Shown in pieces: positions 17,976 through 26,637 of a stretch of DNA of 64,000 nucleotides; positions within the stretch are counted from its first letter, which is position 1, and the number at the start of each line of letters is the position of its first letter. Origin of the DNA: Xanthobacter sp. (GTDB lineage: Bacteria; Pseudomonadota; Alphaproteobacteria; Rhizobiales; Xanthobacteraceae); the NCBI GenBank assembly GCA_035911315.1, contig JAMHVS010000061.1:103769-167768 (forward strand), written 5' to 3'. Below the pieces are notes generated by a model, which saw only the letters and a program-made list of their open reading frames with translations, had not been told where the DNA came from and did no database searches. The position numbers and the translations under genes were made by a program.

Positions 17976-19390
17976 GGCGTCTCTCCCTCGCTGGGCATTC
18001 GGAAGATCTTGCCGGGGTTCATGATTCCAAGAGGATCGAACGCTGACTTGATGAGCCGCATGGCATCCACGGCCTCACCCAGCTCCAGTTCCAGCAGCTT
18101 CATCTTGCCAAAGCCGATGCCATGTTCGCCCGTGCAGGTTCCGTCCAGCGCGATGGCCCGGCGGGCCAGCCGGTCGCAAAACGCCTTGGCGCGCTCCAGC
18201 TCCTGCGGGTTGTCGGGGTCCAGCAGCACCAGCAGATGGAAGTTGCCATCTCCCACATGCCCCACCACCGGGGCGATGACACCGGTTTCCGCAATATCCC
18301 GCGCGGTATCGAGCAGGCATTCGGTGAGGCGCGAAATGGGCACGCACACATCGGTAATCATGGCGCGCGCGCCGGGCCGCAGAGCGAGGCCAGCATAGAG
18401 CGTGTTATGCCGTGCAACCCAGAGGCGGGTTCGGTCTTCCGGCGTCGTGGACCACTGGAAACCCTGCCCGCCAAATTCGGTAGCGATGGCCTCCGCCATC
18501 TCGGACTGCTCTGCCACGCCGGCGGGGGAGCCATGGAATTCGAAGAACAGGTGGGGCTGTTCGGGCAGGCCCATCTTGGCGTGGATGTTCATGCCACGCA
18601 TCATCACGTCATCGAGCAGCTCGACGCGTGCCACCGGAACACCGGACTGAATAACGGCGATGGCTGTATCGACTGCGGCCTTCAGGTCCGGAAAAGCGCA
18701 AACAGCAGCGGAGATCGCCTCGGGTTGCGGATGCAGCTTCAGCGTGATCTCGGTGATGACGCCCAGCGTGCCTTCCGCACCCACGAACAGGCGGGTCAGG
18801 TCATATCCGGCCGCGGTCTTGCGGGCGCGTTGTGCCGTGCGGATGACGCGTCCGTCTGCCAGAACCACCTCAAGGGAAAGCACATTGTCTTTCATCGTGC
18901 CATAGCGCACGGCGGTGGTGCCAGAGGCGCGGGTGGAGGTCATGCCGCCAATGGAGGCATCCGCACCCGGATCGATCGGAAAGAACAGGCCGGTGTCCCG
19001 AAGATGCGCATTGAGCCGCTCGCGGGTGATGCCGGGCTGGATGCGGATGTCCATGTCCTCGGCATGCACCGCCACCACCTTGTCCATGCGGCTCATGTCG
19101 AGACACACGCCTCCGCGCACCGCGGCGGCATTGCCTTCCAGTGAAGTGCCGGCCCCGAAGGGAATGAGCGGCAGGCGCAAGTCGTGGCACACGCGCACGA
19201 TGGCCTGTACTTCCTCCGTGGTCTCGGGAAACACGACGATGTCTGGCGGCAGGGCGGCGTGATACGCCTCACTGCGCCCGTGATCGGCAAGGATGCCCTT
19301 CGCGGTGGTGGCGCGTGGTCCGACAATGGCGGCCAGCTGCTCCAGGGCACTTTCCAGCGATGGCCCGACAATGGGCACGTGAGCGGACAT
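17972..19390 (-). CDS. FAD-linked oxidase (GlcD / D-lactate or D-2-hydroxyacid dehydrogenase-like)
   Basis: FAD_binding_4 pattern (PFGAGTSLEGN) and a C-terminal FAD-oxidase domain (GEHGIGFGK). The Met at 19390 is preceded by GGAGGAAATCAA. Confidence 0.9.
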   Translation of the reverse strand: MSAHVPIVGPSLESALEQLAAIVGPRATTAKGILADHGRSEAYHAALPPDIVVFPETTEEVQAIVRVCHDLRLPLIPFGAGTSLEGNAAAVRGGVCLDMSRMDKVVAVHAEDMDIRIQPGITRERLNAHLRDTGLFFPIDPGADASIGGMTSTRASGTTAVRYGTMKDNVLSLEVVLADGRVIRTAQRARKTAAGYDLTRLFVGAEGTLGVITEITLKLHPQPEAISAAVCAFPDLKAAVDTAIAVIQSGVPVARVELLDDVMMRGMNIHAKMGLPEQPHLFFEFHGSPAGVAEQSEMAEAIATEFGGQGFQWSTTPEDRTRLWVARHNTLYAGLALRPGARAMITDVCVPISRLTECLLDTARDIAETGVIAPVVGHVGDGNFHLLVLLDPDNPQELERAKAFCDRLARRAIALDGTCTGEHGIGFGKMKLLELELGEAVDAMRLIKSAFDPLGIMNPGKIFRMPSEGETP

Positions 19391-19506
19391 TTGATTTCCT
19401 CCATGTCGGCCCGTTTGTCGGGCTCTCGATTTGGCGGTCAGCAAGTAAGGGAAGTGGCAGGAATGAAGGGCGTGATGATATGGCGTGCTCACGCGTTTTC
19501 ATTCAC

Positions 19507-20394
19507 TCATGCCGCGTTCGAGACAGCCTCCTTTTGAGGGTTGAGGCTGAAATCATAGGTGAGGTGGCTCCATGTGCTCTCCATCACACGCCCGTCCGGT
19601 GCGGTGCCGGGCGGATGGTCGATGAAGGTGCGGATGAGGGAGTCCTTCACCCCAAACACCGCATCGCTGTCGAGATAGGGGTCACCGGCGACAAACACAT
19701 GGGTGACAAGCTTCTCATGGCCCGGCGCCTCGATCATGAAATGCACATGGGCGGGGCGCCAGGGGTGGCGACCCTGCGCCTCCAGCATCTTGCCCACCGG
19801 GCCATCATGCGGGATGGGATAGGCCGCCGGCTTGATGGACCAGAAGCTGAACTGGCCCTTCTCGTCAGTGCGCAGGCGGGCGCGGGCGATGAGGCCTGCG
19901 TCCTCGTCCGTGCTCTGGACATCGTAATAGCCATCCTCGTCCGAGTGCCAGACATCGACAATGGCGTTGGCAATGGGCGCGCCCTCATGGGTGGTCACCG
20001 AGCCGGTGACGAACATGGGCTCACCGGCAAGATCGCCTGAAATCAGGCTGCCACAGTTCATTTCCGGCGGGCCTTCCACATAGAAGGGGCCGAGCACCGT
20101 GCTTTCCGTCACCGCATGCTGGTGGTCGTGATTGATGGCATCCACCAGCATGGACACGCCCAGCGTATCGGAGAGCAGGATGAATTCCTGCCGCGTCCCG
20201 GTGCACATGTGGCCGGTGTCGGTGAGGAAGGAGATACCCTGTTCCCACTCCGCCTGTGTCGGGCGCACCTCGCGCACGAAATTGTGCAGGTGGCGCACCA
20301 GAGCCGAGCTGATCTCCAGAATTCTCGGGTCGGGAGCATTTGCAATACGCTCAAGAACCGCGTCTGTGATGCTGAACTGGTCGAAATTTCTCAT
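19507..20394 (-). CDS. Intradiol ring-cleavage dioxygenase, hydroxyquinol (1,2,4-benzenetriol) 1,2-dioxygenase-like
   Basis: N-terminal helical domain and the core motifs DVWHSDEDGYYD, YPIPHDGPVGKML and GRHPWRPAHVHF, typical of catechol/hydroxyquinol 1,2-dioxygenases. Genomic pairing with maleylacetate reductase favours hydroxyquinol. Confidence 0.85.
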   Translation of the reverse strand: MRNFDQFSITDAVLERIANAPDPRILEISSALVRHLHNFVREVRPTQAEWEQGISFLTDTGHMCTGTRQEFILLSDTLGVSMLVDAINHDHQHAVTESTVLGPFYVEGPPEMNCGSLISGDLAGEPMFVTGSVTTHEGAPIANAIVDVWHSDEDGYYDVQSTDEDAGLIARARLRTDEKGQFSFWSIKPAAYPIPHDGPVGKMLEAQGRHPWRPAHVHFMIEAPGHEKLVTHVFVAGDPYLDSDAVFGVKDSLIRTFIDHPPGTAPDGRVMESTWSHLTYDFSLNPQKEAVSNAA

Positions 20395-21308
20395 GCCAGC
20401 CTCCCGTCATTCTGGTTGAGTTCCGGCTCTTCAAGGCCGGCGAGCCATTCGGCGAGGCGCACGGTGGAGATGAAGTCCGCATCGCCTTCCCCGCGTCCGA
20501 TGAGTGCGCCATAGATTTCGCGGGTCTGCGCCGCGAGCGGGGTGGACATCTGCGCCCCGTGGCCGGCCTCGATGATGAGGTCGAGATCCTTCGCCATCTG
20601 GCTGCAGGAAAAGGTGGAGCTGAAGTCACGCGTCTCAAGGCTTTTCGCCTTGTAGTGGACCATGGGAGAGCCGACAGCGCTGTTGGTCAGCACGTCCAGA
20701 ATATCCTGCCAGGCCAGATTGCCCTTGCGGGCCAGTACGATGCTTTCTCCCATCATGGCGGCGGAGACCGCGATCATCAGATTGACCGCGAGCTTGGCAA
20801 ATCGCGCTTCCTCCCCTACCCCGAGATATTTCTGGGCGCGGGTGAAATCTTTCAGCACCGGCAGGACAGTCTCAAAGGCTGCGTTCGGCCCCGAGACGAA
20901 GCAGGTGAGATTGCCGGTGTGGGCAATGGCGGCATTGCCGGAAACCGGAGCGCGCAGGCAGGCGATGCCGCGTGCGCTGGCCGCTTGCGCAACTGCCGCA
21001 GAGATGCCGGGGCTGACCGTGGAGGTCTCGACCAGAATGGAACCCTTGGCCATCTGCTCCAGAAGCGGGCCGTCCAGCATCACGGCGCGCAGGGCCTTGT
21101 CATCCGGCAGCGAGGTGAAGACGATGGATTGCCCGGCTGCCTCATCAAGGCCGGAAGCCGGAGTGACACCTGCCGCGACCGCTTCGGCCACGCGCTGCGG
21201 ATCACGGTCATAGCCTGCGATCCTGTATCCCTGAGCGACAAGCCGGGTGGAAATGGGCAGGCCCATCTTTCCAAGGCCGACCCAGCCCAGTGTCGGGGTT
21301 TCAACCAT
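20391..21308 (-). CDS. NAD(P)-dependent beta-hydroxyacid dehydrogenase (3-hydroxyisobutyrate dehydrogenase family)
   Basis: GWVGLGKMG Rossmann motif and a 6PGDH-type NAD-binding plus C-terminal helical domain. ATGA overlap with the downstream dioxygenase. Confidence 0.85.
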   Translation of the reverse strand: MVETPTLGWVGLGKMGLPISTRLVAQGYRIAGYDRDPQRVAEAVAAGVTPASGLDEAAGQSIVFTSLPDDKALRAVMLDGPLLEQMAKGSILVETSTVSPGISAAVAQAASARGIACLRAPVSGNAAIAHTGNLTCFVSGPNAAFETVLPVLKDFTRAQKYLGVGEEARFAKLAVNLMIAVSAAMMGESIVLARKGNLAWQDILDVLTNSAVGSPMVHYKAKSLETRDFSSTFSCSQMAKDLDLIIEAGHGAQMSTPLAAQTREIYGALIGRGEGDADFISTVRLAEWLAGLEEPELNQNDGRLA

Positions 21309-22698
21309 GTGCGCCTCCTCCGGCGATCGTTGGGCCAAGCCCCAGTTCGTTCACGATACGCGTGCCCGAACGGACCAGCCGTGCACATTTCTCATCCAGG
21401 TTTTCAGCCAGAAGCTTGTGATTGCGCTTCATGAAGCGCCCGGCAATCATCACGGCTTCCACATCTGCGCGGTTGGCCTGCATGATGACGGTAGCAACCG
21501 GGTCATGCATCGGTTGCAGGTGCAGGGCGCGCGCATCAATCAGTGTCAGGTCCGCCTGCTTGCCGGGGGACAGGGAGCCGATGCGGTGGTCCTGTCCCAG
21601 CATGCGTGCGCCTTCGATGGTGATCCATTCCAGAGCCTGTCGGACCTTGACGGTGGATGTGGGCGGAATGGAGCCATGTTCACGCCTGCTCCCGGCATTG
21701 TCGAGCGCGCGCTGTGTGCCGAGCGCAATGCGCGCCACGCCCATCATGTCTCCGGCCAGAACGGATTCAAGGTCCACCCCCACGGAGGGCGCGACGCCCA
21801 GACGCAGCAGCCGGCCCGTGATGGGAAAGCCATGCCCCTGCGTCATCTCGTTTTCCGGGGTGACGGAAAATGACACGCCGAGATCCACGAGGCGGGACAG
21901 CATCGTGTCTGTCAGGTCATTGCCGTGCACGACATTGATGCCGGGGCCAACCAGCCCCTCATCAAGCAGTGCCTCCCAGCCGCCCGGAGCTTTCGCGGGG
22001 CCGCCACCCTGATGCATGGAGGCCACCAGCCCGTATTCCCGCGCCAGCCGGAAGTCCGACCGGGTGACCTCAAGGGTGGAATAGTGCGGCCCGAGAATGG
22101 CAAGGCCGAGGGTCAGCAGGCCATCCGTGGAGGAGAATGCCCCCCGGCGCAGGCGTTCAATCTCGGCCCGCGGATGCGGCACCTCCGAGAAGTGCGGCTG
22201 TCCGGGCTGCGGATCCGGCTTGGGGGAACCGTGGAAGAAGGCCGCGCGAATGCCGCTTTCCTTCAGGGCGGAAACGGCCGCATCGGTATGCTCGGGCGTG
22301 GGATTGTTATGGCACCAGTCAACCAGCGTGGTCGTGCCGGCATCAATCTGGCCCAGAGCCCCCATCAGGGTCGAGATGTTGATGTCTTCCGGTGTGAAGC
22401 GAGTGGCGAGGCCTGCATGCACCCACTTGAAATATTCGAGCAGGGTCCAGTTGGCCGCCACGCCGCGCAGATTGGTCTGCCATGTGTGCATGTGGGCGTT
22501 GATGAAGCCCGGAACGCAGATCCGCCCGCGCGCATCCACCAGTTGCGCATCATCCACCGCAAGTGCTGGCGCGATGGCGATGATGCGTTCGCCTTCAATC
22601 AGGATGTCACCCGTTGCAAGGTCGCCCAGCGCAGGATCCATGGACAGGATGGTTGCACCGCGGATGAGGGTTCGGGATGCGTGCTGATCGCGTGCCAT
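21301..22698 (-). CDS. Amidohydrolase-superfamily aminohydrolase/deaminase (ATZ/TRZ / guanine-deaminase-like)
   Basis: Metal-binding HxH in PGFINAHMHTWQT, 465 aa, and a later HG...D pattern. Resembles chlorohydrolase/deaminase members of the Amidohydro_1 family. Confidence 0.85.
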   Translation of the reverse strand: MARDQHASRTLIRGATILSMDPALGDLATGDILIEGERIIAIAPALAVDDAQLVDARGRICVPGFINAHMHTWQTNLRGVAANWTLLEYFKWVHAGLATRFTPEDINISTLMGALGQIDAGTTTLVDWCHNNPTPEHTDAAVSALKESGIRAAFFHGSPKPDPQPGQPHFSEVPHPRAEIERLRRGAFSSTDGLLTLGLAILGPHYSTLEVTRSDFRLAREYGLVASMHQGGGPAKAPGGWEALLDEGLVGPGINVVHGNDLTDTMLSRLVDLGVSFSVTPENEMTQGHGFPITGRLLRLGVAPSVGVDLESVLAGDMMGVARIALGTQRALDNAGSRREHGSIPPTSTVKVRQALEWITIEGARMLGQDHRIGSLSPGKQADLTLIDARALHLQPMHDPVATVIMQANRADVEAVMIAGRFMKRNHKLLAENLDEKCARLVRSGTRIVNELGLGPTIAGGGAHG

Positions 22699-22701
22699 CG
22701 C

Positions 22702-23784
22702 TCACGCGGCCTCCTCTGCGGGCAGGAAGGGGCGCTCGCCGGCATAGGCGCGGTTCAGCAGGGCGAATATGGCGTCGCGCGTGACAGGGCGCGGGTTCCA
22801 GTACGGGTTCTCAATCGCCAGATCCGCCGCATGTGCGATGCCATCTTCCGGCATGCCGAGGGTTGAGAGCGCATGGGGAACGCGCAAGGCGCGCACGAGA
22901 TCATAAAGCCCCTGCGCCGCATCGGGAGCGCCAAGGGCACGCCGGACCGCGGCCATGGCTTCTGGTGCGGCAGGGGCATTATAGGCCACGGTGTGGGGCA
23001 GCATCACGGTGTGGGTTTCCGCGTGCGGCAGATCGAAGGTGCCGCCAAGCGTGTGGCAGAGCTTGTGATGCAGCGCCATGCCCACGGTGCCAAGACAGAT
23101 GCCGCACAGCCATGCGCCATAAAGGGCCTTGGTGCGAGCCTCCATATTGGCCGGCTCGTGCACCAGAATGGGCAAAGCGGAGGAAAGCGCCCGGATACCG
23201 TCTTCCGCCATCAGCGAAATGACCGGATTGCGATCACGCGCATAGAGCGCCTCCACCGCATGGGCAATGGCATTGATACCCGAAGTGGCGGAGAGAGTGG
23301 CCGGCAGGCTCAGCGTGAGGTTCACATCGTAAATAACGACCTCTGGCAGCACATCCAGCGAACGGATCGTCGTTTTCCGGCCATCGCGCGTTTCGCCCAG
23401 AATGGGGGTCATTTCCGAGCCGGCATAGGTGGTGGGAATGACGAGCTGCGCAATACCGGTGCGCAGCGCCAGCGCCTTGCCAAGGCCAGTGGTGGAGCCG
23501 CCACCCATGGCCACTACGCAATCGGCATCCAGCGCCCTGAGCACCTCAAGTGCCCTCTCGGTGACATCGACCGGGGTATGCATGGTCGCATCGGAAAACA
23601 GGCCGGCGAAGCGCTCCCCGAGCATCACGCCAAGCTTTTCACCCTCGCCCTTCTGCTGGGGCGTTGTGAGAACAAGCGCGCGCCGTGCGCCCAGCTTTTC
23701 GACTTCGGATTCCACCTCCCGCAGGGTGCCGGTGCCGAACCGCACGCGCATGGGGAGCGCTTCATAGATGAATGTATCAATCAT
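22702..23784 (-). CDS. Maleylacetate reductase (iron-containing alcohol dehydrogenase family)
   Basis: FIYEALPMRVRFGTGTL N-terminus, GGGSTTGLGKA and a His cluster (HHKLCHTLGG...HAETH), characteristic of maleylacetate reductases. Confidence 0.85.
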   Translation of the reverse strand: MIDTFIYEALPMRVRFGTGTLREVESEVEKLGARRALVLTTPQQKGEGEKLGVMLGERFAGLFSDATMHTPVDVTERALEVLRALDADCVVAMGGGSTTGLGKALALRTGIAQLVIPTTYAGSEMTPILGETRDGRKTTIRSLDVLPEVVIYDVNLTLSLPATLSATSGINAIAHAVEALYARDRNPVISLMAEDGIRALSSALPILVHEPANMEARTKALYGAWLCGICLGTVGMALHHKLCHTLGGTFDLPHAETHTVMLPHTVAYNAPAAPEAMAAVRRALGAPDAAQGLYDLVRALRVPHALSTLGMPEDGIAHAADLAIENPYWNPRPVTRDAIFALLNRAYAGERPFLPAEEAA

Positions 23785-23829
23785 GGGCTTTCCCTTCCGG
23801 GTTGTGTTTGGCCCTGAACGTCTGTGCGC

Positions 23830-24201
23830 CTATTTGCCCGCAACCAGCTGTTCGAACGGATGCAGCCCGGCAGGGGCGGGGAAGCCGATATCCTCCGCCA
23901 CATAATCCACCTGGAAGCGGGCAATGCGCAGGTCCGCCAGCTCATCGCGCACCCGCAGATGCTCGGGATGGGTGGCATAGGCCTCAAGGTCCGCGCTTGT
24001 GGCGAATTCGGTCACAAGAACGACATCGCAAGCATAGCTGACGTTCGAAACATCAAGGCCGACCTCAAGATGGGTGAGGCCGGGGATAAGCCCGCGCAGG
24101 CCTTCAAATGCCTCTTTCACCTTGGCGCGAACGGTCGCACGCTCTTCAGGCGTGTTGCCGCTCACACGCCACATCACAATGTGCCGTATGGGAGCCGTCA
24201 T
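23830..24201 (-). CDS. Dabb (stress-responsive A/B-barrel) domain protein
   Basis: IRHIVMWRV...LEAYATHPEHLRV is the typical Dabb signature. First gene of the catabolic string. Confidence 0.8.
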   Translation of the reverse strand: MTAPIRHIVMWRVSGNTPEERATVRAKVKEAFEGLRGLIPGLTHLEVGLDVSNVSYACDVVLVTEFATSADLEAYATHPEHLRVRDELADLRIARFQVDYVAEDIGFPAPAGLHPFEQLVAGK

Positions 24202-24220
24202 GGCGTTTCCTTGACCCTGC

Positions 24221-24289
24221 GATCATTATTGATCTTCTCTTTCTTAGACTTTTGACTTGCAGCTACAGGAAATAAACCCGCATATGCGG
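24221..24289. promoter_or_regulatory. Two palindromes in the divergent LysR/catabolic-operon control region
   Basis: GATCATTATTGATC (24221-24234) and the perfect 12-bp palindrome CCGCATATGCGG (24278-24289). Both lie between the Dabb start (24201) and the LysR start (24316). Confidence 0.3.
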
Positions 24290-24315
24290 AACACTCTTTT
24301 GCGGTAGGTGGAAGA

Positions 24316-25230
24316 ATGGATCGGCTGACCCAGATCGAGGTGTTTGTGAAGACGGCCGAGTTGCGCAGCCTGTCTCGGGCGGCAGAGGCGCTGGGCATGT
24401 CCAATGCGGCGGCCAGCCGGCATCTCTCCGCGCTGGAGGAGCGCCTTTCGGCCCGCCTGATCGAACGCAATACCCGCCGCCTGTGGCTGACAGAGGCCGG
24501 GCAGGAGTTCTTTCGCCATTGCGGTTCGGTTCTCAACGAACTGGCCGAGGCGGAAGAGGCGGTGACGGAACATACGGCCTCGCCACAAGGCACGCTGCGG
24601 GTCACAAGCTCCCTGTCCTTCGCCACCATCTATCTTGCGCCCATGTTGCCGGATTTGCGGCGGCGCTATCCAAAGCTCAATGTGCATATTGCGGTTTCAA
24701 ACCGCTATCTCGATTTTATCGAGGCTGGTATAGATGTGGCCATCCGCACCAGACTGCATGAGCCGGATACAAATATTATTGTGAGACGACTTGGACGCAT
24801 GCGGCGTGTTCTGGCGGCGTCGCCTTCCTATATTGCCGAGCGCGGATGGCCGCTGGAGCCTGCCGACCTCACGCGCCATGATATGCTGGTTTATAATCTG
24901 GCTGCGGACCCGTTCTCGCTCCGCCTCTCAAAAGGTGATGTGGAGCGCACGGTACATATCTCTGCGGCACTGGACTGTAATGACGGACAGGTTATTCGTC
25001 AGGCAGCCCTTGAAGGTCTCGGCATACTGATCCAGCCGCTTTACATTGTGCAGGATGATATTGATGCGGGTCGTCTGGTGCCAGTCATGATTGATTGGCA
25101 ACTGCCCATGTTAACAATGAATATTGCCTATCAGAACCGGGAGCAGCTGCCTGCAAAGATCCGCGTTTTTACAGATCATCTCGTTGCCCATGTGCGCAAG
25201 TCATCGAGCAGCGAGATATGGTCTGTGTAG
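24316..25230 (+). CDS. LysR-family transcriptional regulator
   Basis: MDRLTQIEVFVKTAELRSLSRAAEALGMSNAAASRHLSALE wHTH followed by a LysR effector domain. Divergent from the catabolic string. Confidence 0.9.
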   Translation: MDRLTQIEVFVKTAELRSLSRAAEALGMSNAAASRHLSALEERLSARLIERNTRRLWLTEAGQEFFRHCGSVLNELAEAEEAVTEHTASPQGTLRVTSSLSFATIYLAPMLPDLRRRYPKLNVHIAVSNRYLDFIEAGIDVAIRTRLHEPDTNIIVRRLGRMRRVLAASPSYIAERGWPLEPADLTRHDMLVYNLAADPFSLRLSKGDVERTVHISAALDCNDGQVIRQAALEGLGILIQPLYIVQDDIDAGRLVPVMIDWQLPMLTMNIAYQNREQLPAKIRVFTDHLVAHVRKSSSSEIWSV

Positions 25231-25256
25231 ATGTTTCTTTTCATGAGGATTGAGGG

Positions 25257-25288
25257 GCGCAGAGAACGGGGGAGCCTGTTCTTTGCGC
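25257..25288. terminator. Hairpin between convergent LysR and aminotransferase genes
   Basis: gcgcagagaac-gggggagcct-gttctttgcgc, an 11-bp stem with one G-U pair. No U-tract. Confidence 0.35.
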
Positions 25289-25300
25289 TGGGGGAGGCGA

Positions 25301-26527
25301 TTATGCTCCCGTCTTGTCGATGGATGTGTGTTCCCGTGGCCTGCTTTCCATATGACTGGACAGCCGTGCAAAGACCTCATCGCAACGCGTGGCGAAGAGA
25401 CGGATTTCATCATCCGTGACAATCAGGGGTGGAAGTATTCGGGTCACATTGTCGCCCGCTGCAATGGTCAATACATGCGCCTGAGTGCGCAGTGCTTCCA
25501 CAATCTCCGATGAGGGCAGGGTGGTTTGGATGCCGAGCATCAGGCCGCGCCCGCGCACGTCACGGGCAAGGCTCCGATAGCGCACGGCGATGTCCTCCAG
25601 CAGCGTGCGCAGCAACGCGCCCTTGCGCCGGATGTCCGCGAGAAACGCATCATCCATAATGATGTCCAGAACTGCGTTGGCGATGGCTCCGGCCAGCGGA
25701 TTGCCGCCGAAGGTTGAACCATGGGCACCCACAGTCATGCCGTAAGCTGCCTTCCGGGTGGCGAGGCATGCCCCGATCGGAAAACCGCCACCGAGCCCCT
25801 TCGCCAGACTCATGATATCCGGGACAATGCCTGCTTCCTGATGTGCGAACAGATGGCCGGTGCGCCCCATGCCGCACTGGATTTCATCCAGGATCAGCAA
25901 GAGGCCATGGGTGTCACACAGTTCACGCAACTGGCGCAGGAAGGCGTGGCTTGCGGGTCTTATCCCGCTCTCGCCCTGAATGGGCTCAACCATGATGGCG
26001 GCGGTCTGCGGACCGATACAGGCGCTTGCGGCCTCAATGTCTTCAAACGGGCATTGGTCGAAACCATCTGTTGTGGGGCCAAAGCCGTCGAGATATTTGC
26101 GGTTTCCGCCCGCTGCCATGGTCGCCAGCGTCCGCCCATGAAACGCACCTTCAAAGGTGATGATGCGCCAGCGCTCGGAGTGATTCATGGCGTGATGGTG
26201 ACGGCGTGCGATCTTGATGGCGCACTCATTGGCTTCCGCGCCCGAGTTGGCAAAAAAGGCGACATCGGCGAAGCAGGCTCCGGTCAGGCGTTCGGCCAGT
26301 TTTTCGGTTTCTGTGCTGCGATAGACATTCGACAGATGCCACAGTTTGCGGCCCTGCCGTTCCAGTGCCGCGACCAGATGCGGATGGGCATAGCCCAGTG
26401 CATTGACCGCGATGCCTGCACCGAAGTCGAGATAGCGTTCGCCGGTTGCGGTCACCAGCCAGGCACCTTCACCGTGGTCGAACAGCACGGGTGCGGGCTG
26501 GAAGACAGGAAGAAGTGCACTGTTCAT
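25301..26527 (-). CDS. Class III PLP-dependent aminotransferase (ArgD/GabT-like)
   Basis: FANSGAEANE, DEIQCGMGRTG and GSTFGGNPLA motifs. The likely start MNSALLP is at 26527. No adjacent argF. Confidence 0.9.
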   Translation of the reverse strand: MNSALLPVFQPAPVLFDHGEGAWLVTATGERYLDFGAGIAVNALGYAHPHLVAALERQGRKLWHLSNVYRSTETEKLAERLTGACFADVAFFANSGAEANECAIKIARRHHHAMNHSERWRIITFEGAFHGRTLATMAAGGNRKYLDGFGPTTDGFDQCPFEDIEAASACIGPQTAAIMVEPIQGESGIRPASHAFLRQLRELCDTHGLLLILDEIQCGMGRTGHLFAHQEAGIVPDIMSLAKGLGGGFPIGACLATRKAAYGMTVGAHGSTFGGNPLAGAIANAVLDIIMDDAFLADIRRKGALLRTLLEDIAVRYRSLARDVRGRGLMLGIQTTLPSSEIVEALRTQAHVLTIAAGDNVTRILPPLIVTDDEIRLFATRCDEVFARLSSHMESRPREHTSIDKTGA

Positions 26528-26637
26528 ATTCTGTTTTCCAGTGTGTTCAAAGTGTTGAACGGAGCCGCTGCCCGTTCCTGTTTTGATGGACGAAGACATG
26601 GTGGCTTGATGTTTTCATTGAAGATTGGCATCGCGGA

